Positions 1 to 10,643 of a stretch of 64,000 bases of DNA are shown here, piece by piece. A program made the translations under genes and the position numbers. Source of the DNA: an uncultured delta proteobacterium (GTDB lineage: Bacteria; Myxococcota_A; UBA9160; SZUA-336). A model generated the notes under the pieces. That model was not told the DNA's origin, ran no database searches, and was given only the letters and a program-made list of their open reading frames with translations. The stretch covers positions 637,072 through 701,071 of the forward strand of contig CAVPHD010000001.1 in NCBI GenBank assembly GCA_963704165.1. The letters are read 5' to 3'. The stretch's first letter is position 1. Every line of letters begins with the position of its first letter.

Positions 1-1
1 G

Positions 2-91
2 CTCGCGCCCGCGCGAACGCTCGGTCTCGAGCTTGCGCCGGACACGCGCGTGTCGAAGGGCCACGATCTTGCGGTCCCGAGCGGCTACTGA
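2..91 (+). CDS. 3' end of an upstream CDS (partial, unknown product)
   Basis: Open frame 2 from the window edge (LAPARTLG...VPSGY) ending at TGA 89-91, just upstream of rfbB. Confidence 0.3.
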   Translation, partial: LAPARTLGLELAPDTRVSKGHDLAVPSGY

Positions 92-136
92 GCACGTCTC
101 TCAAGACGCACGTCGGGTTCCGACGATGAGCCAGCC

Positions 137-1164
137 ATGAGAAGAGTCCTGGTCACGGGCGGCGCGGGCTTCATCGGCTCGCACTTCATCCGCATCCTGC
201 TCGCGGAAGAGCCGGACGCGGAGGTCGTCAACCTGGACGTGCTCACCTACGCCGGGAACCTCGCGAATCTGGCCGACGTCTCGGGCTCGAAGCGCTACCG
301 CTTCGTGCGTGGCGACATCCGCGACATGAAGGTCGCGCTGGAGCTGGTCGCGGACTCCGACTGGATCGTGAACTTCGCAGCCGAGTCGCACGTCGATCGC
401 TCGACGAAGGCGCGCGCGGGCGAGTTCATCGACACCAACGTCTACGGCGCGTACGTCATGCTCGAAGCGACACGCCAGGTGAATCGCGACGCGCGCTTTC
501 TCCAGGTCGGCACCGACGAAGTCTACGGCGACGTGCCCTTCCCCGAGTTCCCGGACGAGCAGGCGATGCTGAGGCCCTCGAGCCCGTACTCGGCGGCAAA
601 GGCCGGTGCAGACCACATCGCCCTCGCCTTCCACCGAACGCACCGGATGGACGTGCTCGTCTCGCGCTGCACGAACAACTACGGCCCGAATCAGTACCCC
701 GAGAAGGTGATCCCGGTGTTCATCACCAACTCCCTCGACGGCGTTCCGCTGCCGCTCTACGACGGCGGAACGCAGGTGCGCGACTGGCTGCGCGTCGAGG
801 ACCACTGCCGCGCGCTGCTCCTCTTGCTCCGTCGCGGAACCGCGGGCGAGATCTACAACATCGGCGCGAACCAGACGCCCGAGGTCACGAACGCCGAGCT
901 CACCAAGATGATTCTCGACTCCACCGGTCGCCCCGAGACGCTGATCCGTCCGGTCGAGGGGCTGCGGCCGGGGCACGACCACCGCTATGCCGTCGACACC
1001 GCCAAGGTTCGCGCGCTCGGCTGGCGCCCCGCCGAGGATCTCCAAGCCGGGATCGCCAAGACCGTCGCGTGGTATCGAGAGAACCGCGCCTGGTGGGAGC
1101 CGATCAAATCGGGGAGTACCGCGAGTACTATGAGAAGCACTACGGTGAGGCGGTGCGCCGCTGA
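137..1164 (+). CDS. rfbB: dTDP-glucose 4,6-dehydratase (probable 1-bp deletion at G-run 1111-1114)
   Basis: VLVTGGAGFIGS, LTYAGN, AAESHVDRS, TDEVYG, PSSPYSAAK, RCTNNYGP, RPGHDHRYA. Adding one G gives the typical end KSGEYREYYEKHYGEAVRR*, with TGA at 1162-1164. Confidence 0.93.
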
Positions 1165-2455
1165 CGCGTTGCGCGAGCGCCTCGAGCTCGTAGCGAAGTT
1201 GTGGCTTCTCGACGATTCGTCGCTGCACGACATCGATCGCGTACATCACGCTCGTGTGATCGCGGCTGAAGGCGCGCCCGATCTCGGCCAGTGACGCGTC
1301 GGTGTAGATCCGCGCCAGGTACATCGCGATCTGACGCGGCCGCACGAGACTCTGCTTGCGGGAACGGGCACGCAGATCTTCCTTGCCGATGCCGTACGCT
1401 CGCGCGGTCTCGGCCATGATCTCCTCGAGCGATCGGGCGCGCCCCGGGAGCTCGACCGCGGCGAGCGCCTGTGCGACGAGCTCGGGCGTGATCGCCGTCT
1501 TCATCAGGGATGCGCGCGCGACGACCTGGTTCAAACCTCCGACCAGATCGCGAACCGAGGCGAGCTCGCGCCGCGCGAGCAGCTCGAGGCAGGCCTCGGG
1601 CACGCGCACGCCGCCACGCGCGGCGCGCTCGCGCAGGATCGCCAGGCGCGTTTCCTGCTCGGGCGGCGCGATGCACGCGACCAGCCCGGAGGCCATGCGC
1701 GAGGAGAGCTTCGGGTCGAGCTCGTCGAGCTCCGCCGGCGGGCGATCCGCAGAGAGCACGACCGTCCTTCCGTTCGACATCAGGTGGTCGAGCGTGTGGA
1801 AGAGCTCGACTTGCGTCGCGCGCTTGCCCGCGAGGAACTGCACGTCTTCGAGGATCAGGACGTTCGTCGAGCGTCGGTAGCGATGGCGAATCCGCGGCAT
1901 CTGCCCGGCGCGAATCGCATCGGTCACCTCGGTCGTGAACTGCTCGCTCGACCGATAGGTCGCCGCATTCCCCAGGCGCGTGTGGATCGCGCGGCACAGG
2001 TGCGTCTTCCCCATCCCGGTGTTCGCGTAGAGAAAGAGCGGACTGCAGCGACCCGCCTGGCCGCGCGCGATCAAGCGAGCGGCCTCGAGCGCGAGCGCAT
2101 TCCCCGGCCCCTCGATGAAGCTCTCGAACAACCGCTCCTGCGAGCCCGAGTCCACGGCCGGCTCGAGCGGCGCCGGAGCGGGCTCGGCCGCGGCGGGCGC
2201 GCGCGCGGGCGGAGCCGATGCGACGACCGAGTCGACGCGGTAGTCCACGGAACGCACGCCGCTCGCGCACTCCTCGATCAGCTTGCCGTAGCGGCCGCGC
2301 AGCCAGTCCCGGCTGAAGCGATCCGGACAGCGCAGCACCAGCGTCTCGCCTTCGAGCCGTCCGTCGAGCGCCCGGAACCAGGCCTCGAACACAGCCTCGC
2401 CGACGCGCCGTCGCAGCTCCGTGCGAACGGCCTCCCACCCCCCGAATTTGTCCAT
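1104..2455 (-). CDS. dnaA: DnaA-family replication initiator homologue
   Basis: Domain I (WEAVRTEL...FEAWF), FESFIEGPGNALA, PLFLY..GMGKTHL, LILEDVQFLAGK..TQVELFHT, domain IV RQIAMYLAR...RDHTSV. The stop (TGA, complement 1104-1106) appears only after restoring the same G as in rfbB. Confidence 0.9.
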
Positions 2456-2802
2456 CTCGGCCGAATTACCCCTCAATTCGACCGGATTTCCGGCCGACCC
2501 CCGTGTGAATCGTTCGCGGGACTCTCCCATGGGGTCGCATGGGGGGCAAAGCCGATTCTTTGGCGCGTCGTCTTTCGCCAGCGCCCGACACACTCGCGAA
2601 CACGACCCGGCTCCGAGGGTCTTCCCCGACGGTGGCGCAACTGTGGAGATTCGCGCCGGAGTTTCGGCTTCGCGTGCGACCGGAGTCCTCGCGTTCACGG
2701 CCCCGTGCACAGGCGTACTCACAGCGAAGTGCCACGGAGCGGTGTCTGGCGATCTCCGAATTTCGTCGAGTATCGCGATAATGCGGATCGCCTCGCGATT
2801 TT

Positions 2803-3486
2803 TCAGTTCACGCTCTTGGGTCCCTCGGGAAGCCTCGCTTCGGCGATTCGGAAGATCAGCAGCCGCAGCAGGAGCTCTCCCTGGACGACCGGATCGGCGG
2901 CCTCGAGCAGGCTCTGCTTCTCGAGAGTCGGGCAGTCGAGTCCGAACGCGAGCGCGTTCTGCAGCAGGACGGGGTCGAGCGCGCGCATCCGCTCGGCGAG
3001 CTGCGAAGCCGTGGCAGGCGAGGTCAGCTGTACCAGCTCGAGCATGTGTGTCTCGAGCTCCGGACGCAGCTCGTCGAGTCTTCGCTGTACCGACGGCGCG
3101 AGCTCGGGGAAGCCCGGGTCGGCGAGCAGCTCTGCCGCGACGCTGCGAAACGGCGCCTTCGATTCGATCTCCCGCCGAATCCGGAAGCGCCGCTCGCCGT
3201 GCAGCAGCAGATTGAAGCGCCCATCGGCGTGGCGTTCGGTCTCGACGATCCGGCCCGCGCAGCCGACATCGAAGATCGGCACGCGGCTCTGCATCGGGTC
3301 CTCGTCGCCGCGGACCAGAACCATCCCGATCACCTGATCCCCGTCGAGCGCGGCCTCCGTCATCGCGCGGTAGCGCGGCTCGAAGATGTGCAGCGGCAGG
3401 TAGGTGCCCGGGAACAGCACCACTCCGGGGAGGGGAAAGATCGGAAAGGTCGTCGGGAACTCGAGGGTGTCGTCGGGTTCGGTCAT
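2803..3486 (-). CDS. LON peptidase substrate-binding (Lon N-terminal) domain protein
   Basis: PIFPLPGVVLFPGTYLPLHIFEPRYRAM, VGCAGRI, DGRFNLLLHGERRFRI. Confidence 0.9.
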   Translation of the reverse strand: MTEPDDTLEFPTTFPIFPLPGVVLFPGTYLPLHIFEPRYRAMTEAALDGDQVIGMVLVRGDEDPMQSRVPIFDVGCAGRIVETERHADGRFNLLLHGERRFRIRREIESKAPFRSVAAELLADPGFPELAPSVQRRLDELRPELETHMLELVQLTSPATASQLAERMRALDPVLLQNALAFGLDCPTLEKQSLLEAADPVVQGELLLRLLIFRIAEARLPEGPKSVN

Positions 3487-3528
3487 CCGCAGAAGTTATA
3501 CTTCCGCGGCCCCCCCCGGAGCCAGAGA

Positions 3529-3975
3529 TTGACCCACCCGGAGCGCGAGGCACGCGAGCGCGCGATCGAGCGATTGCGTCGACACGCGACGCTGCTCGCG
3601 GAGGTCTTCGACCTGCCGCTGCGTTCGGTCGAGCCCGAGAGCGAGCGCGTGCGGCGCCGCTATGGGATCTGCTTCTCCGATGGGCGGATCCAGATCCGGC
3701 TCCACCAGCTGCGTTCGACCGATGTGCTGAAGTACTCGGTCATGGTCGACACGCTCTGCCACGAGCTCGCACATCTGCGGCACTTCAACCACGGCCAGCG
3801 ATTCTGGGCGCTCTACCGGCGGATCCTCGCCTACGCGCGCCGCCAGGGGATCTACCGACCCGGACCCGAGACCGTGGTTGCGGCGCCGACTCCGTTTCGA
3901 GCGCTTCCGCAAGCCGTCCTTCGCGCTCGACCACGCCAGGCGTCCGGCCAGCTCGAGCTCTTCCCGGAGGGCTAG
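3529..3975 (+). CDS. Zinc metallopeptidase, WLM/SprT/YgjP-like
   Basis: YGIC..DGRIQIRL, DTLCHELAHLRHFNHGQRFW (HExxH...H); TTG start inferred. Confidence 0.75.
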   Translation: MTHPEREARERAIERLRRHATLLAEVFDLPLRSVEPESERVRRRYGICFSDGRIQIRLHQLRSTDVLKYSVMVDTLCHELAHLRHFNHGQRFWALYRRILAYARRQGIYRPGPETVVAAPTPFRALPQAVLRARPRQASGQLELFPEG

Positions 3976-4175
3976 GCCTCGCGGACCTTGTCGTACTCCT
4001 CGAGGGAGTTCGGTCCGGCCTTCACTTCGACGTCGATGCGCTCGAGCGCGATCGCCTTGTCGAGGACCTGAGTGACGAGTGAACTCACCGTCAGCTCATC
4101 GAATTCCGCCAGCGCGTCTTCGAGGGCGGATTCCTCCACCGAGAGTCTGACCTGCAGAGTGAGTTCAATTGCCAT
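3972..4175 (-). CDS. Small acidic hypothetical protein (67 aa)
   Basis: MAIELTLQVRL...YDKVREA; protein-like composition, GGAG upstream. Confidence 0.65.
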   Translation of the reverse strand: MAIELTLQVRLSVEESALEDALAEFDELTVSSLVTQVLDKAIALERIDVEVKAGPNSLEEYDKVREA

Positions 4176-4375
4176 AACGGGGTCTCCGCCTCCAGCACGG
4201 ACGGTTGGTGATCGGGGGACGCGACTATAACGAAGGAGCCCGGCCGCGCTACGGATTTTTCGGCGAATTCTGACGCCGAGCCAAGGTTTCTCGGCGTTGG
4301 GAGAAGCTCCTGAACCCGGCTCGGGATCCGAACGCGCTGTATCGCCGCCCGGAGAACCGGTACTGTTCCGGCCCC

Positions 4376-4933
4376 ATGCTCCACGGCCTGAATCGGCAGA
4401 TCGCGCTTCTTTCGGTGTTCCTGTTCGGGCTCGCGCCCGGGTGCGATCGGAGGCTCGAGCCCTACGTCGCCCCCGCCGACGAGCCCGCCCCGCTCGAGCG
4501 GCCCGTACGCGTCCCGGGCCTCGAGAACCCCGCGCCGCGCGCACGCATGCCCATGGGCGCAGCCGAGCCTCCGAGCGTCGCCGAGCCCGACGTGGGTGAG
4601 CCGATCCGCGGCCGGGTCGTCGCGGGCGACGGAGTGGGCGATGGCGGTGAAGGCGTGCTCTTCGTCATCGCGCGCGGGCCGGGCGGTGGACCACCGCTCG
4701 CCGTGAAGCGTCTGCCGGTCGGGCCCTTCCCACTCGACTTCGAGATCGGACCCGGCGACGTGATGATCGCGGGACGGCCATTTCGAGGCCCGATCTCGCT
4801 CACCGCCCGGATCGATCGCGACGGCAACGCGATGACGCGCGGTCCGGACGATGCCGGCGCCGAGCTGGCGTCTCCGGTCGAGCCGGGGGCGACGGGCCTC
4901 GAGCTCCGCCTCGAGCGCCCCGACCCGAGCTAG
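4376..4933 (+). CDS. Lipoprotein with CcmI/CycH C-terminal Ig-like domain
   Basis: Lipobox-like LAPGC; LFVIAR..GGPPLAVKRL...FPLDFEIG..DVM..ARIDRDG. Confidence 0.75.
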   Translation: MLHGLNRQIALLSVFLFGLAPGCDRRLEPYVAPADEPAPLERPVRVPGLENPAPRARMPMGAAEPPSVAEPDVGEPIRGRVVAGDGVGDGGEGVLFVIARGPGGGPPLAVKRLPVGPFPLDFEIGPGDVMIAGRPFRGPISLTARIDRDGNAMTRGPDDAGAELASPVEPGATGLELRLERPDPS

Positions 4934-6234
4934 GGCAGACAGCCGCCGCGGTCCCGGCAGACGGACTCGTAGAGCCAGTACGCGACCAGGTAGTCCAGGC
5001 CCGTGTACTCCGTGTTCGGCCTCGGATGCGCGTGCAGCCGGTACGGGCTCGATTTCCACTCGAACGAGCTCGCCGGGCGAAGCTCGATCGGAACGACGTC
5101 GCGCGCGAGGATCTTCCACTTGCGCCCGGGCAGGAGTCGCACCGGAGGGTCCGCCACCTCCGCGCTCGGACCGCGCTTGCGCTTCTCGAGCGGGAACGCT
5201 CCGAGCTGCGCGCGCGCCCGCGCGAGGAGCGGCGCGTCGCACGACGCCGGCTCGAGCGAACAGAACACGAGATCGAAGTAGGCGTTGCCGTCGCTGCGCA
5301 CGCGCAGCCAGCTGCGCCAGAGCCCGTGGCGCAGGTCGGCCGCGGCCGGGTCGTTCGTCTCGCGAGCGAGCGGAAGCAGCACGCGATAGAGGTCGAAGGC
5401 CATCAGGTCGTTCGAGTGCCCGGTGATTCCGAGCACGCGCAGGTTCGTCGTTCGCGCGCGCGCGATCGCGCGGTAGCGGACGCGCAGGCGGTCGCGCGTC
5501 TCGAGCCAGCGCGGCTCGGCCGGGTCGAGCGCCGCGGCCAGCGACAGGATCGCGTAGCTCGTGAGCTGCGCGATCGAGTTGAAGCCGTAGCCGGAGCGAT
5601 GGGAGAGATCGCCGAAGCGCGTGCGCTCTCCGTCCGGATCCGTGAGCTCGAAATCGTTCTCGAGCAGATGTGTCGCGGCATCGACCGCGAGCTGCCGCGC
5701 TCGTTCGGGGAAGAGCCTTCGGCACAGGCCGATCGCGGGCACCAGACCGTTGGCGTACTGGTCCATCGACACGTTTCCGCGCCAGAACCAGCCGGCGTAC
5801 TCACCCTGTCCGGCGTGCCACTCTCCCTTGGCCCTGGCCCGCGGCGGCTGGCGTCGGAGGGTGCGCGCGAGCAGGCCGCGAATTCCAGTGACCCGCATCT
5901 GCAGCTCGATCCCGCCGAGCGCGACTTCTGCATCCGCGAGGGCGTCCGCGCGTGCGCTCCCCTCGCTCGATTCGGCGCGCGCGCAGGCGCCGCCGGCAAA
6001 CAGACCCGTGAAGGTCGGCCCGTCGGCGTTCTCGGGGTAGGCGCCGGTGACGAGATCGCGTTCGATCGTGTCGAGCTCGACGCGATAGAGAAACAGTCCC
6101 TCGGGTGAGAGATGGCGCGCGTGGATCTGTGCACGGAATGCGGTGGCCTTGGCGTCGAGCGCGCTCGATTCGCTCGCGCCGAGGCGCGGCGCGAGCCCGA
6201 AGGCGAGGACCAGGAGGAGTGCGCGAGCGCGCAT
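4930..6234 (-). CDS. Secreted hypothetical protein (434 aa)
   Basis: N-terminal signal peptide; long protein-like ORF with W/Y/D-rich motifs (WRGNVSMDQY, GLDYLVAYW). Confidence 0.7.
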   Translation of the reverse strand: MRARALLLVLAFGLAPRLGASESSALDAKATAFRAQIHARHLSPEGLFLYRVELDTIERDLVTGAYPENADGPTFTGLFAGGACARAESSEGSARADALADAEVALGGIELQMRVTGIRGLLARTLRRQPPRARAKGEWHAGQGEYAGWFWRGNVSMDQYANGLVPAIGLCRRLFPERARQLAVDAATHLLENDFELTDPDGERTRFGDLSHRSGYGFNSIAQLTSYAILSLAAALDPAEPRWLETRDRLRVRYRAIARARTTNLRVLGITGHSNDLMAFDLYRVLLPLARETNDPAAADLRHGLWRSWLRVRSDGNAYFDLVFCSLEPASCDAPLLARARAQLGAFPLEKRKRGPSAEVADPPVRLLPGRKWKILARDVVPIELRPASSFEWKSSPYRLHAHPRPNTEYTGLDYLVAYWLYESVCRDRGGCLP

Positions 6235-6252
6235 GCCTAGCTCATCGGCGCG

Positions 6253-7185
6253 CTATGGCGTGAATCTCGATGCCGCGAGCCGGGCCGCGGGCGAGATGTC
6301 TTCGCTCGCGTATTCGCCGCGATACTCGGGCGGGAGCAGGTCGGCGATCAGGAAGCCCAGCGCGTCCGCGACCACCGGGCGCTTGCCGCCCGCGCACTCG
6401 AAGAGATCACCCGCATCGATCGCGCGGCCGACGCGAGCGTGCACCTCCGTCGGCATCACCGTCTCGGTCTCCGGCCGCATCAGGCGTTCGGTACCCCAGA
6501 GACCGAGCGGCACGATCTGCGTGCCGGGCGCCTCGAAGTAGCGCGCCGCCGCGGGCAGCACACGCTGCATCGTCGCGGCCCGGCTGCGCGTGCCCTCGAC
6601 GAAGACCAGCAGCTGGTCGCCCTTCTGGCGCCGCTCCTCGACCGTCGCGAGCGTCTCGAGCGCCAGGCGCGCGACTTCGCGCCGCGGCATCACGGCTTCG
6701 CCGGAGGCGGTGCTCTGGCTCTGCGGCATCTTGATCGTCCCGAAGCACAGGCTCGCCAGGCGGCGGATGGGCAGCGCGAAGACCTTCGGCCCGGCGAGCA
6801 CCGTCAGCCCGTCGGCAACATCTTCGAAGCCGGCGCCGACGAGCAGGGCGTCGATCACGTTCGCGTCGATGTACGACAGGTGGTTCGCGACGAAGAAGAC
6901 GGGCTGTCGGCGCGCGTGAGACAGGGCGTCGCTCGAGTCGAGCCCCGACCCGGGTAGCAGCACGAGCGTGTGGGCGAGCCGCGAGAGCCTGCGACAGATC
7001 CGGTCGTGCGGGTGGTAGCCCCAGGTCTGTCCCGTCGTCGCTAGGCGCTCGCCGAAGGTCGCGAGCTCGGCGTCGTTCGCGTCCGAAACCAGCTCGGTGA
7101 CTCGGACTTCGAGCGCTTCGCGTTCGCCCGCACCCCATTCGGCGAGCAGATCCGCGATCCTGGCGATCAAGGCTGCACGATCCAC
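6253..7185 (-). CDS. Lysophospholipid acyltransferase (PlsC family)
   Basis: NHLSYID (HxxxxD), FVEGTRS; GTG start inferred. Confidence 0.85.
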   Translation of the reverse strand: MDRAALIARIADLLAEWGAGEREALEVRVTELVSDANDAELATFGERLATTGQTWGYHPHDRICRRLSRLAHTLVLLPGSGLDSSDALSHARRQPVFFVANHLSYIDANVIDALLVGAGFEDVADGLTVLAGPKVFALPIRRLASLCFGTIKMPQSQSTASGEAVMPRREVARLALETLATVEERRQKGDQLLVFVEGTRSRAATMQRVLPAAARYFEAPGTQIVPLGLWGTERLMRPETETVMPTEVHARVGRAIDAGDLFECAGGKRPVVADALGFLIADLLPPEYRGEYASEDISPAARLAASRFTP

Positions 7186-7341
7186 GCGGCCGAGAATAGA
7201 ACATCGCGGCAGCGATCGCGGGCGGCTCCGGCGCGCCCGGCTCGCTCCCTGTCTTCGCCCGTACGCGCGTGGCGCACGTTGTCCGGGCGCCGAGAGCGGC
7301 GATTTGCGCGGCTTGGGGCGTCTCGCGAGATTCGCCGCGAC

Positions 7342-8100
7342 ATGCAGACGAGAGCCTCGGCCGAAAAGCAGTACGCGGAGTTCTACAGCCTCTGGGTGGC
7401 GGACTTCCGCAAGGACACCACGCTCTACCTCGATCTTGCCGGCAAGTACGCGGGGCAGGTGCTCGAGATCGGCTGCGGCACGGGCCGCGTGCTCGCGAAG
7501 TTCGGCGAGGCCGGTTACGAGGCGCTCGGCGTCGATGTCTCGAGGCCCATGCTCGAGGTCGCGCGCCGCACGCTGGAGCCCTGGCAGGACCGGGTCCGCA
7601 TCGCCGACTTCGACTTCCGCAGCAACGCGCTCTTCGAGAAGTTCCACGTCGCGATCGCGTCGCTCTACACCTTCAACAACCTGATCGACGTCGCCGAGCA
7701 ACGCCTCTTCCTGCGGCACATCACCCGCTGTCTGAAGAGCCCGGGCGTACTCGCGATCGACTTCTTCTGCCCGCTGCCGATGATGCGTCCGGAGACCAAC
7801 GGCCGCTGGCGCGAGATCGAGCGCACCGTGGCGGGCCGCGAGCTTCGGCTTCGCGACAAGCGCGAGATGCTCACACCGCTGCTCGAGCGCAGGACGCAGG
7901 AGTTCAGCGTGGACGGCAGCCTGCCCATCGAGCACGTCTCGCACCGGCGCTTCCTGCCCGCCCAGCAAGCCGAGCAGCTTCTGATCGAGGCTGGCTTCGA
8001 GAGCGTTCGCTACCTGCAGGACTACGATCTGGCCGGCGCGCGTGCGATCGGCGAGGGCGAACGACCGCTCGGGCCGTATCAGCTGATCGCGGAGCTCTGA
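7342..8100 (+). CDS. Class I SAM-dependent methyltransferase
   Basis: VLEIGCGTGRV, GVDVSRPML, LKSPGVLAID. Confidence 0.88.
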   Translation: MQTRASAEKQYAEFYSLWVADFRKDTTLYLDLAGKYAGQVLEIGCGTGRVLAKFGEAGYEALGVDVSRPMLEVARRTLEPWQDRVRIADFDFRSNALFEKFHVAIASLYTFNNLIDVAEQRLFLRHITRCLKSPGVLAIDFFCPLPMMRPETNGRWREIERTVAGRELRLRDKREMLTPLLERRTQEFSVDGSLPIEHVSHRRFLPAQQAEQLLIEAGFESVRYLQDYDLAGARAIGEGERPLGPYQLIAEL

Positions 8101-8152
8101 GCGCGAGGCCATTTTGCTCCCGCGGGCCGGGCTGGGTTAGCCTCCCGCCGCG

Positions 8153-9556
8153 ATGGGACGAAGCCTTCTCGACAAGGTCTGGGATCTGCACAGCGTTCGA
8201 ACGCTTCCGGGTGGGCAGACGCAGCTCCTGATCGGGCTGCACCTGATCCACGAAGTGACCAGCCCCCAGGGCTTCCAGATGCTCGAGGACGCCGGCCTGT
8301 CGGTGCTCTGCCCCGAGCGAACCTTCGCCACCGTCGATCACATCGTGCCGACGGACCGGCGCCGCAGGCCTCTCGCCGACGCGCAGGCCGAAGAGATGAT
8401 GCAGGCGATCGAGGAGAACACGAAGCGCCACGGCATCTCGTTCTTTCCGATCGGCTCGGGCGATCAGGGAATCGTGCACGTGATCGGGCCGGAGCTCGGG
8501 TTGACGCAGCCGGGTCAGACGATCGCCTGTGGCGACTCGCACACCTCCACTCACGGCGCCTTCGGCGCGATCGCGTTCGGCATCGGCACCAGCCAGGTGC
8601 GCGACGTGCTGGCGTCTCAGTGTCTCGCGCTCGCTCGACCGAAGGTCCGACGCATTCGTGTGTCGGGCGAGCTCGGGTTCGGCGTCTACGCGAAGGACGT
8701 GATCCTCCACATCATCCGGCGGCTCGGGGTGAACGGCGGGGTCGGTTACGCGTACGAGTATGCGGGGCCGGTGATCGAGCGCTTCTCGATGGAGGAGCGC
8801 ATGACGATCTGCAACATGTCGATCGAGGGCGGCGCGCGTGTCGGCTACGTGAATCCCGACGAGACGACGTTTGCCTATCTGCGTGGCCGGCGCTTCGCTC
8901 CAGCGGGAGACGCCTTCGAGCGCGCGGTTGCGTGGTGGCGCGGCATCGCGAGCGATGCGGACGCGGCTTTCGACGACGACGTCGAGATCGCGGGCGGAGA
9001 GATCTCGCCCACGGTCACCTGGGGGACGAACCCGGGTCAGGCGATCGGCGTCGCCGAACGTCTGCCGCGCGTCGAGGAGCTGCCGGAACAGGATCGCTCC
9101 GCGGCCGAAGACGCGTATCGCTTCATGGGTCTCGTTCCCGGGCGACCTCTCGCGGGTACACCGATTCAGGTCGCCTTCATCGGCTCGTGCACGAACGGGC
9201 GGATCAGCGATCTGCGCGAGGCGGCGCGCGTGGCACGCGGCGGCAAGGTGGCGCCCGGCGTGCGGGCCTTGGTCGTGCCGGGGTCCGAAGCGGTTCGCGT
9301 CGAGGCCGAGCGCGAGGGTCTGCACGAGATCTTCGAGAGCGCCGGCTTCCAGTGGCGCGAGGCGGGCTGCTCGATGTGTCTGGCGATGAATCCCGACAAG
9401 CTCGTCGGACGCGAGCTCTGCGCGTCGAGCTCGAACCGAAACTTCAAGGGCCGGCAGGGCAGCCCGACCGGGAGGACGCTCTTGATGAGCCCGGCGATGG
9501 TCGCCGCCGCGGCGCTCGCCGGGTGCGTCGCCGACGTGCGCGAGGTCTCGCGATGA
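8153..9556 (+). CDS. leuC: 3-isopropylmalate dehydratase large subunit
   Basis: [48 protein letters not shown]. Confidence 0.97.
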   Translation: MGRSLLDKVWDLHSVRTLPGGQTQLLIGLHLIHEVTSPQGFQMLEDAGLSVLCPERTFATVDHIVPTDRRRRPLADAQAEEMMQAIEENTKRHGISFFPIGSGDQGIVHVIGPELGLTQPGQTIACGDSHTSTHGAFGAIAFGIGTSQVRDVLASQCLALARPKVRRIRVSGELGFGVYAKDVILHIIRRLGVNGGVGYAYEYAGPVIERFSMEERMTICNMSIEGGARVGYVNPDETTFAYLRGRRFAPAGDAFERAVAWWRGIASDADAAFDDDVEIAGGEISPTVTWGTNPGQAIGVAERLPRVEELPEQDRSAAEDAYRFMGLVPGRPLAGTPIQVAFIGSCTNGRISDLREAARVARGGKVAPGVRALVVPGSEAVRVEAEREGLHEIFESAGFQWREAGCSMCLAMNPDKLVGRELCASSSNRNFKGRQGSPTGRTLLMSPAMVAAAALAGCVADVREVSR

Positions 9557-10167
9557 GCGCGCCCAAGGGAGAGAGCGTCACCGGACGCCGGGGCCGCGGC
9601 GTGGTCGTGCGCGGGAACGACATCGACACCGATCAGATCATTCCCGCGCGCTACATGACCTCGATCCGCTTCGCGGGTCTCGAGGAGTTCGCGTTTCGCG
9701 ACGTGCGATTCAACGCGGACGGCGAGCCGAAGGGCCATCCCTTCGACGATCGGCGCTTCCGCGGCGCGTCGATCCTGATCGTGAACCAGAACTTCGGCTG
9801 CGGAAGCTCGCGTGAGCACGCGCCGCAGGCGCTGCAGCGTTGGGGGATCCAGGCGCTCGTCGGCGAATCGTTCGCCGAGATCTTCTTCGGCAACTGCGTT
9901 GCGCTCGGCATGATCGCGGTCACCGCTTCGCGCGAAGACGTCGCACGGCTGATGGACGCGGTCGAGCTCGATCCCGCGCAGGAAGTGCAGATCGACCTCG
10001 AGAAGCTCGTCGTGACCTGGCGCGGCGGAAGCGCGCCCGTGCAGATGCCCGACGGAGCGCGAAAGCGGCTTCTCGACGGCAGCTGGGACGCGATGCGCAC
10101 GCTTCTCGAAGCGCGCGAGCAGATCCTCGCCAAGGTCGCGTCCCTTCCGTACGCGACGCGCTTCTAG
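9553..10167 (+). CDS. leuD: 3-isopropylmalate dehydratase small subunit
   Basis: [40 protein letters not shown] overlap with leuC. Confidence 0.96.
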   Translation: MSAPKGESVTGRRGRGVVVRGNDIDTDQIIPARYMTSIRFAGLEEFAFRDVRFNADGEPKGHPFDDRRFRGASILIVNQNFGCGSSREHAPQALQRWGIQALVGESFAEIFFGNCVALGMIAVTASREDVARLMDAVELDPAQEVQIDLEKLVVTWRGGSAPVQMPDGARKRLLDGSWDAMRTLLEAREQILAKVASLPYATRF

Positions 10168-10634
10168 AGCACGAGCCGCACGCCCCGCCCCGCCCGCCAG
10201 GCGCTGTGGAAGAGGTCGATCAGCCGCAGCAGCGCTCGCTCGAATTCGCGCCGATCGAAGCGCAACCGGTACTCGACACCCGGGGACGCCTCGGGCGTCC
10301 CGACCGCGAACTCGAGCGCGCCGTAGTCCCGCGATCCGTTCCAGAGTTCGTTCTCGAGCGCGTAGAGGATTTCGATCGCGCGCTCGAGCGCGCCCGGGAA
10401 GAGGACCGCCTCGCGTCCCGGCGCGATCGGCCCGATCTCGAGGGGGAGCAGGTTCAAGCGAGAGACGGCCCCGAGGCTCTCGAGCGCGTGGCAGGCGTTC
10501 GGCGGGATCCCCACGCGTGCGAGCCGCGCCTGCGCCTCGTCGTCCTGCGTGAAGTCGACGATCGAGGCCTCGCCGCAGCGAAAGCCCGGCTGCTCGTCGA
10601 GCGGCCGCGCGGGATCGAAGTAGACGATCGTCAC
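10164..10634 (-). CDS. Hypothetical protein
   Basis: 156-aa protein-like ORF directly downstream of the ybgA-like gene. Confidence 0.6.
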   Translation of the reverse strand: MTIVYFDPARPLDEQPGFRCGEASIVDFTQDDEAQARLARVGIPPNACHALESLGAVSRLNLLPLEIGPIAPGREAVLFPGALERAIEILYALENELWNGSRDYGALEFAVGTPEASPGVEYRLRFDRREFERALLRLIDLFHSAWRAGRGVRLVL

Positions 10635-10643
10635 GACCGCAGC

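Noticed and set aside
2456..2802. oriC upstream of dnaA
   Set aside because: Only weak box-like words (e.g. TGTGGAGAT, TGTGAATCG), no perfect DnaA box and no AT-rich unwinding element
101..3553. 1150-aa ORF as an extended DnaA
   Set aside because: The extensions are antisense to rfbB or off-frame over the Lon-N gene; explained by one indel and scarce stops in high-GC DNA
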